64,000 nucleotides of DNA, taken from the NCBI GenBank assembly GCA_947170165.1, contig CAMVSK010000012.1, positions 2,332 through 66,331 on the forward strand, written 5' to 3'. The position numbers and the translations under genes were made by a program. The notes under the pieces are model-generated. The model was not told the origin of the DNA, searched no databases, and was given only the letters and a program-made list of their open reading frames with translations. Positions 7,941 to 16,906 of the stretch are shown here, in pieces; the first letter of the stretch is position 1; every line of letters begins with the position of its first letter. The stretch comes from an uncultured Bacteroidales bacterium (GTDB lineage Bacteria; Bacteroidota; Bacteroidia; Bacteroidales; UBA932).

Positions 7941-10112
7941 TTATTCAATAATCAAAATCCGGTGTTTGCCTGACTTGAGCCGAAGGGTGTCGCCGTGAGA
8001 ATCTTCTACTACCGCCGTGGTGCCTTCAGGAACGGTCAGGGTGGCATTGATGCGCTTCCCTTTGCGGTCCAGGACGGCCTCAATCATGCCGTAGGCGGTT
8101 TCCAGCCCGCATTCGATATGCTTTAGTGAAGCCATCTGCGGACGCACTCTGAATTTCTTGAACCCAGGCTCAAGGGGCTCGATGCCCGCAAGGCGCTGGC
8201 CGCAGAGGATTATGCCGTGCCCGCTCCAAGCATGGTTGCTGGAGTTCCTGGGGCCGCGTTGCTCCCACAAGGTGCTGTAGCTGTTCATCACCTGAGGGAT
8301 GTACTCACGAAGGCGGGCGAGGGCGAGGTCAGGCCTGCCCATGACGAAGAAAGCATCGATTACATAGCGCATGAAGTAAGTCTCGGCCTCCCTGCGTTCT
8401 GCAAGTACTTTCAGTATCGCATCGTATTTGTCAGGTCCGGCTATGCCTGAAACCACGGCGAGGGCATGAACGCGGTCATCCGCAGGGCCTTCATAGCCTG
8501 GAGTCTTGTAGCAGCTGCCGTTCCAGAAAAGCCGGTTGTAGGATTCTTTCAGGCGGTCCATCATTGCCTCGTCCGAGCCCACGTCATCTATTTTGCCCAG
8601 CTGCCCGGCCAGGTCCCTTTCGCCCTTCAGGGCAAGGTAGTACCACGGGTGCAGCAGGGCGACCCTGTCGATATCGCGGCCGGCATCGGCCCAGTTCCAG
8701 CCCTTGCTGCGCTCCAGGGGCAGATCGTCGGAATCCACTATCCAACTTTCGTGCAGATACCTGTGCAGGGCGGGATATACCTCGGGGATGAATGCATCGT
8801 CGGCGCTGTAGAACCAGTAATCGTGGAAGCCGTACCATCCGGCGGCGGCAAGACTCTGCTGGGCGAGTTCCCTGTACCAGTTGGAGCAGGGAACGGGAGC
8901 GTACAGGCCTCCGTCCGGGGCGGCCCAGTTCGCGAACTCGATGAAACCCTTGCGGGCCAGTTTCCAGGAAGACGGACTCAGTGCGTAGAACGCCTCCATC
9001 ATCTCGTGGACCTCGTCTCCTATCCACTGTGCGCGTTCGCGGTCGGGGCAGTCCATCCAGGTGTCCCGCATGCAGATGTATGCCGTGCGCTGAGCCTTTT
9101 GCCAATATTCGTTCAGCAGGGGATCATCGCAGCGGAACCAGCCGCTGAAGGCGGTGTCGTAGCCGGTTTCGCGGAACTGCACTTTGCTGATGGTAACTCC
9201 TTGGGGGATAATGTAATACATGTACTCCCCGTTCATCCACGGAAGGTGCTCGTAGATCTGGGAACCATCCCGGGTGACATACTCTCCGCTCACGCATTTT
9301 GCGTTGCCGACGGCATCGTGGTCGGTGACCAGTCGGACGGTCTTGCCGGCGCTGGCATTCAGTTCCATATAGGGGGAGAACTGGGCATTGTAGGGGAGAT
9401 GGCAGATGAGTGTGTCCCCGCTGCGGCGCACATCGTCATAATCCTTCAGTCCATGGTCTTTCCAAAGGGGAATGGGGCGGGGGATGAGCTTTCCGAGCGG
9501 AGCTTTGCCGGGCTCGATGGCAAGTTCGAAAGCGCTGCCCATGCGTTTGGAAGTGCCCTTGAACCAGTCCGGGTTGAACTTGCGGGCATCGTAGCGGACG
9601 TTGCTTTCGCTCAGGCGGTAGTTCGGGGCTTCGCCGGATGCGTTGCCGTAGGCGAAGTGCACGCATGCATCCCAGCTGGCATCGGAGAGGATTTCCACGC
9701 CGCCTCCCACCGCCTCGAACAGCAGTGCGCAGATGCCGCTGCCCATGTGGCTGAAGCCGCTGCGTCCGAAATACCACACCAGGACGGAGATGACGTTCTC
9801 TCCCGTTTTAAGGTATGGAGCGATGTCCACTGTGTCGTAATAGCCGTCTCCTGGGGCCGGGCCGCGTTTGAGGCCGCCCTCGTTCACGACCATTTCGCCG
9901 TTGATCCAGAGCCAGTATTTGCTGTCTGCGGCAATCCTTGCCAACAGTTCGGCGGGAACCGACTGCAAGTCGACTTTCTTCTGGAAGGCGATCCAGGTGT
10001 TGGCATCGCTGGGGCTGTAGGCCCGCGATATCCATCGGGCCTTCCACGTGTCTGCTCCAAACAATTGCAGCGCCGTCAAAAGCAGCGCTGCAACCAAAAT
10101 GAGTCTTTTCAT
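7941..10112 (-). CDS. GH78 alpha-L-rhamnosidase family
   Basis: WKARWI, IAADSKYWLWING, DCPDRERAQWIGD, TLWE, SSNHAWSG, LEPGFKKFRVRPQ; signal peptide. Confidence 0.85.
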   Translation of the reverse strand: MKRLILVAALLLTALQLFGADTWKARWISRAYSPSDANTWIAFQKKVDLQSVPAELLARIAADSKYWLWINGEMVVNEGGLKRGPAPGDGYYDTVDIAPYLKTGENVISVLVWYFGRSGFSHMGSGICALLFEAVGGGVEILSDASWDACVHFAYGNASGEAPNYRLSESNVRYDARKFNPDWFKGTSKRMGSAFELAIEPGKAPLGKLIPRPIPLWKDHGLKDYDDVRRSGDTLICHLPYNAQFSPYMELNASAGKTVRLVTDHDAVGNAKCVSGEYVTRDGSQIYEHLPWMNGEYMYYIIPQGVTISKVQFRETGYDTAFSGWFRCDDPLLNEYWQKAQRTAYICMRDTWMDCPDRERAQWIGDEVHEMMEAFYALSPSSWKLARKGFIEFANWAAPDGGLYAPVPCSNWYRELAQQSLAAAGWYGFHDYWFYSADDAFIPEVYPALHRYLHESWIVDSDDLPLERSKGWNWADAGRDIDRVALLHPWYYLALKGERDLAGQLGKIDDVGSDEAMMDRLKESYNRLFWNGSCYKTPGYEGPADDRVHALAVVSGIAGPDKYDAILKVLAERREAETYFMRYVIDAFFVMGRPDLALARLREYIPQVMNSYSTLWEQRGPRNSSNHAWSGHGIILCGQRLAGIEPLEPGFKKFRVRPQMASLKHIECGLETAYGMIEAVLDRKGKRINATLTVPEGTTAVVEDSHGDTLRLKSGKHRILIIE

Positions 10113-10700
10113 CTATTCGCGGGTGTCGGTGAAGCAAGCGTCGTTGACGACCTCGCTATTCACGGCTTCGTAGAACTTGCCGGGAACGGCAGAGTTGCGG
10201 TAAAGGACCTTGACGAGCTTGATATTCTTGCAGTTCTCGAAGTAGAACAGGGTTGGAACGGGAGTACCTTCGGGGAGGTAGCCCTTGGCCTTCTGGTCCT
10301 TGTAGCTGGCAAGCACAAGATCCGCCCGGCCGTCCACGACTCCGTTTCCGCGGGTGGCAAAGATGCGCACGTTCTCAACGCCTATGCCGTTGAAAATGGC
10401 CTTCTGGCCCTTGTAGCCGTAGATGTTGTCGGTGCCGATGATATCGGCGGCGGCATCGAGGCGGATGTTCACTCCGCTCCTGAGATACACCGCACCGGTA
10501 AGATAACGTCCGACGCAGAAAGTGAGGGTTCCGCCACCTTTTTCAGCAATGAAATCGATAGCTTTCTGGATGCTGGTGGTGTTGTCGATGAGACCGTTAC
10601 TCTTGATGCCGAAATAAGAGGCATTCCATTCCTTGTTGTTCTGTGCGAGCGCGCTGATGCATAGAAGAGCGGCCGCCGCTATTGCTATAATCTTTTTCAT
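10113..10700 (-). CDS. Short GH28-like beta-helix protein (N-terminal rungs only)
   Basis: FGIKSNG...NTTSIQKAIDFIAEKGGGTL...LTGAVYLRSGV matches the N-termini of the adjacent GH28s. It ends at 195 aa without the NxD/DD catalytic region. Confidence 0.7.
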   Translation of the reverse strand: MKKIIAIAAAALLCISALAQNNKEWNASYFGIKSNGLIDNTTSIQKAIDFIAEKGGGTLTFCVGRYLTGAVYLRSGVNIRLDAAADIIGTDNIYGYKGQKAIFNGIGVENVRIFATRGNGVVDGRADLVLASYKDQKAKGYLPEGTPVPTLFYFENCKNIKLVKVLYRNSAVPGKFYEAVNSEVVNDACFTDTRE

Positions 10701-12199
10701 TATTTCTTGTTCTTGAATTTCTTGACATTGTTGGTGACGATCTGCTTCTTTTTCCTGTCGGCGCCGGGCTGGTTGACCTGCACGCCCTGGAAGTTGAGGC
10801 CGACTACATCGTCGGCAACGATGGCGGGACGGTAATCCTCACCGGCTACGCTGACCTTCACGTTCTTGAAGGTGACTCCTTCGGCATGGCGGATATAGAA
10901 TCCCCATGCGGGGAGTTCTTTCCAGTTGGAAAATTCGGGATAACTCTTCTCCAGTTCGGGAATGGCCTCAAGTTCGGCCTTGGAACTGCCGCGGTAGGCA
11001 TAGTTCTTATCTGCCTGGCCGGGATAGACAATCTCTATGTTTTCAAGGGTTATGTTCTGGATAGGAATGCCTGGAATGCCCTGGATGCCGCTGGGACATA
11101 CGTTACGGGGCAGATCCTCCACGGGACCCTCGTACATGTAGCCGGCGTCCGGTTTGTCGAAAGGAACCTCGGCATATACGTTCTTGATCACGATATCCTT
11201 CATATATGGAGTCTGCTCCTGACGGCGGCGGGAACCGGTGCGGATGAAGATGGGATTGCCGGTATGGAGGCTCTTGAGGCCATCGATGACCACATCTTCG
11301 ATCTGTGCTCCGTCCACGGTCGCTATGGTGATGGCTGAACGGTAGGTGTCTACGATCTCCATGTTATGGAAGCGGAAATGCTTGAACTTGCCGAGGGTAT
11401 AGGTGCCGAACTTGATGCCGTTGGCACTTGACCTTCCCCAGCAGTTTTCCACGAGGATGTTCTCGGAGAGGCCGTCCTTGCTGTGGCTCTTGAAGCAGTA
11501 GACATCGTCCGCGGCGTCGAAACGGCAGTTGCGGATAATCACGTCGGAGCAGTCCACGATGTCGATGCCGTCGTTGTTCCAGTAGGACTTCGCATCCACC
11601 GAAACCCCGTCTACCAGGATGTTGCGGCACTTGTCGTACTGCTGGTTCCAGGATGCCGGGTCCTTGAGCGTGATGCCCGTTACGGTGATGTTCTCGCACT
11701 TGTAGAAGTGGAGGTTTTCGGGGCGCTTGCCTTCCTGCAGACGGTCCAGCTTGAGGGGATCGTCGATCAGACCGAGGTGGCAGTAATCCACGCCCTTGGT
11801 GGCCACCAGGAAGCCGCGGCAGTTGATTTCGCCTTTGCCGGTGATGCCTATGTTCTTCTGGCCGATGGAGAAGATCATCGAGGTCCACTTGGCATCGGGA
11901 TCCTTGATGTAGTCCCACGGGTTAAGGGATCCGAGGATGCGGGCACCCTCCTCGATGTGCAGGGTTACATCGTTCTTGATGTAGATGGTGCCGGTGACGA
12001 AATCGCCGCCCTTGAGGATGAGGCGTCCGCCTCCATGGGTGGAGATGTAGTCGATGGCTGCCTGGAGGGCCGCCGTGTTCAGCGTTTCCCCGTCAGGCCT
12101 GGCACCGAATTCGGTGGCAAGGTAATCCTTGGCGCCAGCCTGTACCGCAAACGCGGAGGTAAGGACAAGGACAGATACGATTCTGAGTAATTTCTTCAT
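10700..12199 (-). CDS. GH28 glycoside hydrolase (polygalacturonase/rhamnogalacturonase family)
   Basis: FGARPDGETLNTAALQAAID, WNNDGIDIVDC, DAADDVYCFKS, NGIKFGT; signal peptide. Confidence 0.85.
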   Translation of the reverse strand: MKKLLRIVSVLVLTSAFAVQAGAKDYLATEFGARPDGETLNTAALQAAIDYISTHGGGRLILKGGDFVTGTIYIKNDVTLHIEEGARILGSLNPWDYIKDPDAKWTSMIFSIGQKNIGITGKGEINCRGFLVATKGVDYCHLGLIDDPLKLDRLQEGKRPENLHFYKCENITVTGITLKDPASWNQQYDKCRNILVDGVSVDAKSYWNNDGIDIVDCSDVIIRNCRFDAADDVYCFKSHSKDGLSENILVENCWGRSSANGIKFGTYTLGKFKHFRFHNMEIVDTYRSAITIATVDGAQIEDVVIDGLKSLHTGNPIFIRTGSRRRQEQTPYMKDIVIKNVYAEVPFDKPDAGYMYEGPVEDLPRNVCPSGIQGIPGIPIQNITLENIEIVYPGQADKNYAYRGSSKAELEAIPELEKSYPEFSNWKELPAWGFYIRHAEGVTFKNVKVSVAGEDYRPAIVADDVVGLNFQGVQVNQPGADRKKKQIVTNNVKKFKNKK

Positions 12200-12205
12200 C
12201 TTATG

Positions 12206-13696
12206 CTATTTTAGTTTGTAGATTCTCACTTTATTGAACACTGTCTGCTTCTTCCCCTTCGCTGCACTCTTCTGCACTATCGTTAGGCCCTTAAGGTCCA
12301 GTCCGTTCACATCGTCCGCCACCAGTGCGGGGCGGTAGTCCTCATCTTCCACCACCAGCTTCACGTTCTTGAAGGTAATGTTGTCGGCATGGCGGATATA
12401 GAACCCCCAGGCGGGAAGTTCCTTCCAGTTGGAGAACTCCGGATAGCTTTTCTCCAGTTCGGGGATGGCCTCCAGTTCAGCCTTTGAGCTGCCGCGGTAC
12501 GCATAATCCGGATCGGCCTTGCCGGGGTAGTGTATCTCCACATTTTCAAGCAGCACGTTTTCGATGCGGAGCCCGGGAATGCCCTGGATGCCGCTGGGGC
12601 ACACGTTGCGGGGGAGATCCTCCACCGGACCCTCGTACATGTAGCCGGCGTCCGGTTTATCGAAGGGTACCTCGGCGTACATATTCCTGATGGTGATGTT
12701 TCGCAGGCACGGGGCCTCTCCTTCACGGCGGGATCCTGTGCGGAGGAAGATGGGATTGCCGGTGTTGATGCTGCGCAGCCCGTCCACGGTTATGTTCTCT
12801 ATGGTGGCACCGTCCACGCTCGCAATGGTGATGGCAGAGCGGAAGGTGTCGTAGATTTCAATATTCCGGAAGGTGAAGTTGCGGAAGGTGCCACGGGTGA
12901 CCGTGCCGAACTTGATGCCGTTGGCGCTCGACCGGCCCCGGCAGTTCTCCACCAGCACGTTCTCGCTGACGCCATAGGGGACGTGGCTCTTGAAGCAGAA
13001 GACATCGTCGGATGCATCGAAATCGCAGTCGCGGATGACCACGTCGGAGCAGTCTACCACGTCGAGGCCATCGTTGTTCCAGTAGCATTTCGAATCAACC
13101 TTCACACGCTCTATAAGCAGATCCCTGCACTGGTCGAACTGCATGTTCCAGCAGGCGGGGTGGCATACGCGTACATCGCTCACGCGAATGCCTTCGCAGC
13201 GGTAAAAATGTATATTCTCGGGGCGGTTCGGTGCCTCGTTGCGGTCCAAGGCAAGACGGTCGTTGATGAGTCCCAGATGCGTGTACAGCACGCAGGTATT
13301 GGCAACCTCGAAGCCCCGGCCGTCAATCTCCCCGCTGCCGCTGACGGCAATGTCTTTCTGCCCGACGGCGAGAAGGAAGGAGGACCAGCGGGCCACGGGA
13401 TCGATGATATAATCCCATGGATTCAGCGACCCTAAGAGGCGAGCCCCGGCGCTGATATGGAGGTCTACTCCGGATTTCAGATAGAGGGATCCGGAGACGA
13501 AATCTCCTCCGGAGAGGATGAGGCGGCCGCCTCCAGCGGCGGAGATGTGGTCAATTGCAGCCTGCAATGCGCTTGTGTTCAAGGTAGTACCATCGGCCCG
13601 GGCACCGAAATCCGTAGCGAGCCAGTCGCGTGCTCCGGCAGTAATGGAGAAAAGGACCGCTGCCAGGGAGAGTGAAATTATGCGGCTTGTATTCAT
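12206..13696 (-). CDS. GH28 glycoside hydrolase, tandem paralog
   Basis: WNNDGLDVVDC, DASDDVFCFKS, NGIKFGT. Start placed at MNTSRII, just downstream of a -7 box. Confidence 0.85.
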   Translation of the reverse strand: MNTSRIISLSLAAVLFSITAGARDWLATDFGARADGTTLNTSALQAAIDHISAAGGGRLILSGGDFVSGSLYLKSGVDLHISAGARLLGSLNPWDYIIDPVARWSSFLLAVGQKDIAVSGSGEIDGRGFEVANTCVLYTHLGLINDRLALDRNEAPNRPENIHFYRCEGIRVSDVRVCHPACWNMQFDQCRDLLIERVKVDSKCYWNNDGLDVVDCSDVVIRDCDFDASDDVFCFKSHVPYGVSENVLVENCRGRSSANGIKFGTVTRGTFRNFTFRNIEIYDTFRSAITIASVDGATIENITVDGLRSINTGNPIFLRTGSRREGEAPCLRNITIRNMYAEVPFDKPDAGYMYEGPVEDLPRNVCPSGIQGIPGLRIENVLLENVEIHYPGKADPDYAYRGSSKAELEAIPELEKSYPEFSNWKELPAWGFYIRHADNITFKNVKLVVEDEDYRPALVADDVNGLDLKGLTIVQKSAAKGKKQTVFNKVRIYKLK

Positions 13697-13704
13697 ACTT
13701 CCTA

Positions 13705-13712
13705 CAAATTTA
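13705..13712 (-). promoter_or_regulatory. -7 box (TAAATTTG) for the GH28-GH28-short GH28-GH78 operon
   Basis: Exact TAnnTTTG match 8 nt before ATG 13696. Confidence 0.6.
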
Positions 13713-13746
13713 ATCGCAAGCGGACAAAAAAGCAAAAAAAATTAGG

Positions 13747-13754
13747 TAACTTTG
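13747..13754 (+). promoter_or_regulatory. -7 box (TAACTTTG) for the DUF6057 operon
   Basis: Exact TAnnTTTG match 7 nt before ATG 13762; divergent from the GH28 promoter. Confidence 0.6.
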
Positions 13755-13761
13755 GGGCAAG

Positions 13762-15465
13762 ATGATAACCGATCTTCCCTATATTTTGTCGTATCGTGAA
13801 CAGCAGCAGCTGTTTCTTTTCGACTGGAACTATATTGCAGACATTCTTTTTCATCCCGGCGGAGCAAGTACCCTCATTGGCCGCTTCCTTGTGCAGTTCT
13901 TCTATTCTCCGGCAGCCGCGGTAGCAATCACGCTTCTCTGCCTCTGCGGAATCGGCTGGTTCCATCGCCGGCAGTTGCCGCTGATCATCGCGCCGCTGCT
14001 CTTCCTTCTGGCTTCGCTGCCGGATTACCGTCTACACTTCGACGTGGTGGCCGCATGTCTGTTCGCATCTGCGGGATTCAGTATCTGGGAGCGCTGCAGC
14101 AGGAAACTCCTTGCAGGCATCGTGATACCCATCTTATTGTTCTTCCTTGCAGGCAGCGGGGCTTTCCTGTTCGCAGCCTGTGCCTTTGCGGTTTCAGTCG
14201 GGAAGGGCAGATGGGAAGGAGCCCTGCCTGTGGCGGTGTCGTTGCTTATGGGGCTGGTGGCGTTGTCCATGAATCTGATTCCTACTTTTGGACATTCCCT
14301 GTCGCCGGTGTTCTTCTACGACGTCTCTTCGGCCATGCCGGGGTTCCACCTGGTTTTCTGGATACTTATGCCGGTTGCTGTACTGGTCTCGACCCTTTTT
14401 GGGCGTTTCGTCCGGAAAAGAGCCGCCGTCGTGGCGTCCTGCCTGCTGGTGCTGGTCGCAGTACCATTCTCCTGGAGCATTTTTGCCAGGCAGGGGAAGG
14501 ACGGAGCCTACAACATATATAAATATGAGTATCATGGGGTACGCGGAAACTGGGAAAAGCTCGAGAAGATTACCAAAGAGCGTCTGGAATATCCGGTTAC
14601 CGCAAACTGGTATTATCTTGCGAAGTCTTATCGGGGAACCCTTTTGAAAGACCTGATGAAGAACAGGCACAACAGGGAGTATGACCTGCTTTTCATTCCG
14701 GAAGACAGGAGCACCACGACAGTGCTGCCCCATGTGTTGTTCAGGATGGGCAATATGGCTTCAGCCCAGAACATATCGTTTAACCTGATGTTCGCGTCCT
14801 GCGGATACAATCCGACACTGTTGAAAATGCAGGCAGACATAGAGCTGGTCCGTGGAAACTACAAGGTTGCGGATAAGTATCTGAGCCTTTTGGAAAGAAG
14901 TCTGAACTATAAGAAATGGGCAAGGGATAGAAAGCGTTTTCTGTATAACGATGCGATGGTGGATGACGATCCCTGCCTTGCAGAGGGAAGGCGTGATCTG
15001 CCTTCTACAGATGGTTTTGTCTCCCCTCTGTACCCCATGCATGCTCTCTATTCGATACTGCGTACCAATCCTTCGGATAAAGTAGCCATGGAGTATGGAC
15101 TTGCATATCTGCTCCTGGCAAAAGACATAGTGAACGTGGCTAAATTCATAGAAGAATTCTACGGTACACCCGGCCTTCCTGAACTCCCTCCCTGCGCCCA
15201 GGAGGCGCTCTGTTTCTTTGCGGATTACCAGCAGAACCTGGCCCATGAAGAAGAGTTCAGGCACATGGACATCGACTGGTGCCTGCGGCACGGAGTGCAG
15301 CCTCAGACCATATCCCGTATGTATGATTTGCAGAATGCCACGCTCCAGTCCGGAGGCAAGGCTCCGAAAGGATTTCGGGGTACGTACTGGTATTATTTCC
15401 TCTACGACGATATGATGGTCCGCGACAACACTGCGAAGACGGAGGACAACAATGCGATTTATTAA
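13762..15465 (+). CDS. DUF6057-family membrane protein (N-terminal TM helices, C-terminal TPR-like region)
   Basis: YREQQQLFLFDWNY...PGG...IGRFLVQFFY N-terminus, about 8 hydrophobic segments, LVRGNYKVADKYLSLLERSLNYKKWA. Confidence 0.65.
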   Translation: MITDLPYILSYREQQQLFLFDWNYIADILFHPGGASTLIGRFLVQFFYSPAAAVAITLLCLCGIGWFHRRQLPLIIAPLLFLLASLPDYRLHFDVVAACLFASAGFSIWERCSRKLLAGIVIPILLFFLAGSGAFLFAACAFAVSVGKGRWEGALPVAVSLLMGLVALSMNLIPTFGHSLSPVFFYDVSSAMPGFHLVFWILMPVAVLVSTLFGRFVRKRAAVVASCLLVLVAVPFSWSIFARQGKDGAYNIYKYEYHGVRGNWEKLEKITKERLEYPVTANWYYLAKSYRGTLLKDLMKNRHNREYDLLFIPEDRSTTTVLPHVLFRMGNMASAQNISFNLMFASCGYNPTLLKMQADIELVRGNYKVADKYLSLLERSLNYKKWARDRKRFLYNDAMVDDDPCLAEGRRDLPSTDGFVSPLYPMHALYSILRTNPSDKVAMEYGLAYLLLAKDIVNVAKFIEEFYGTPGLPELPPCAQEALCFFADYQQNLAHEEEFRHMDIDWCLRHGVQPQTISRMYDLQNATLQSGGKAPKGFRGTYWYYFLYDDMMVRDNTAKTEDNNAIY

Positions 15466-15466
15466 G

Positions 15467-16906
15467 ATGAAAAGACTGTTACATATCCTGCTTCCGTTGG
15501 TTCTCTGCGCATGTTCCACCATGCCTGGGCAGTACGTAAAATCCGATGAAGAAGCCCAGGTCTGGCCTGATTATAAGGAAGTTACTGTTCCGCAGAACAT
15601 AGCTCCTCTGAATTTCTCCTACACGGGGGATGCCGAAAAGGCCGTGCTGGCCGTCAACGGCAAGGCTTTTGGCGCCCGCAGAGGGCTGTTTCGCTTCGGA
15701 CGAAGGCAGTGGCGGAAGCTGGTGGCAGCCGATACCCTGGAGTGCAGACTGTACGTTCTTCGTAACGGTGCATGGAGCGAATTCCTTCCGTTCAATATAT
15801 ATGTCTCCCGCGACTGCATTGACCCCTATGTGTCTTATCGCCTGATTCCTCCCGGATATCAGGGCTGGGACAAGCTGGGTCTTTACGAGCGCAATATCGA
15901 AAACTATCAGGAGGATGTCTTCGTGGACAACGATCTCACCGGCGGCAACTGCCTGAACTGCCACACCTTCCCTGAAAGGAATCCCGACAAATTCGTATTC
16001 CATGCCCGCGCCGCTTTCGGCGGCACCATGCTGGTTGACGGTAACAATGTCGAGAAACTCAATACCAAGACCGATTCTACAATAAGCGCCCTGGTTTACC
16101 CGTACTGGCACCCGGACGGCAAGTTGATAGCATTCTCTACAAACAAGACCTTCCAGAATTTCTACAATCACGGTGATGACCGCATAGAAGTGTATGACGA
16201 GGCATCTGATATTGTAATCTACAATACCGAAACCCATACTATATCATGGTCTCCGCTCACAAAGGCAAAGGATGCATTCGAGACCTTCCCCGCTTTCTCT
16301 CCGGATGGTAAGTGCCTGTATTTCTGCTCCGCGGATGCGGTGGAAATGCCTCAGAAATACAACGAGGTGCGCTATGCCCTCAAGCGCATAGCCTTCGATG
16401 CGGCCACCTGCTCTTTTGGGAACAAGTTGGAAACGGTTTTCGATGCTCCTGCCATCGAAAAGAGCGTCTCCTTCCCAAGGGTGTCGCCGGACGGCCGTTT
16501 TGTCTGCTTCACCCTGCATAAGTTCGGCAATTTCTCCATCTGGCATCAGGATGCCGATCTTTGGCTTCTGGACCTTCGGACAGGAGAAGCCAGACCTATG
16601 GACGCTCTCAACTCCGACAGTGTGGACAGTTTCCACAGTTGGAGCGGCAACAGCCGCTGGCTGGTCTTCAGCAGCCGTCGGGACGACAAACTCTACACGA
16701 GACTATATTTCTCCCATATAGATGCCGATGGAAACGCTTCCAAGCCTTTCCTCCTGCCGCAGAGAAACCCGGTGGATTACTACAGGGACCTGGTCATGTC
16801 GTATAATCTGCCACAGTTTACAAGCGGCAGAATCCGCGTGAACAGACGCAGCATAGTTTCGGTAATGCGCAATTCTAAAGGAACAGATATCAAACCTGAA
16901 CAATGA
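15467..16906 (+). CDS. TolB-like/PD40 beta-propeller lipoprotein with CxxCH motif
   Basis: Lipobox LVLCA-C; repeats YPYWHPDGKLIAFS, FPAFSPDGKCLYF, FPRVSPDGRFVCF, FHSWSGNSRWLVFSSRR; CLNCH at 15950-15964. Confidence 0.8.
   Translation: MKRLLHILLPLVLCACSTMPGQYVKSDEEAQVWPDYKEVTVPQNIAPLNFSYTGDAEKAVLAVNGKAFGARRGLFRFGRRQWRKLVAADTLECRLYVLRNGAWSEFLPFNIYVSRDCIDPYVSYRLIPPGYQGWDKLGLYERNIENYQEDVFVDNDLTGGNCLNCHTFPERNPDKFVFHARAAFGGTMLVDGNNVEKLNTKTDSTISALVYPYWHPDGKLIAFSTNKTFQNFYNHGDDRIEVYDEASDIVIYNTETHTISWSPLTKAKDAFETFPAFSPDGKCLYFCSADAVEMPQKYNEVRYALKRIAFDAATCSFGNKLETVFDAPAIEKSVSFPRVSPDGRFVCFTLHKFGNFSIWHQDADLWLLDLRTGEARPMDALNSDSVDSFHSWSGNSRWLVFSSRRDDKLYTRLYFSHIDADGNASKPFLLPQRNPVDYYRDLVMSYNLPQFTSGRIRVNRRSIVSVMRNSKGTDIKPEQ

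Noticed and set aside
8466-10664. 732-aa ORF antisense to GH78 (similarly 4654-6441, 56175-58055, 61994-63625 and others)
   Set aside because: These are shadow ORFs opposite well-supported genes with GC-rich third positions; they have no motifs or start signals.
10113-10700. Frameshifted GH28 pseudogene
   Set aside because: No out-of-frame catalytic half follows; GH78 starts right after the stop.
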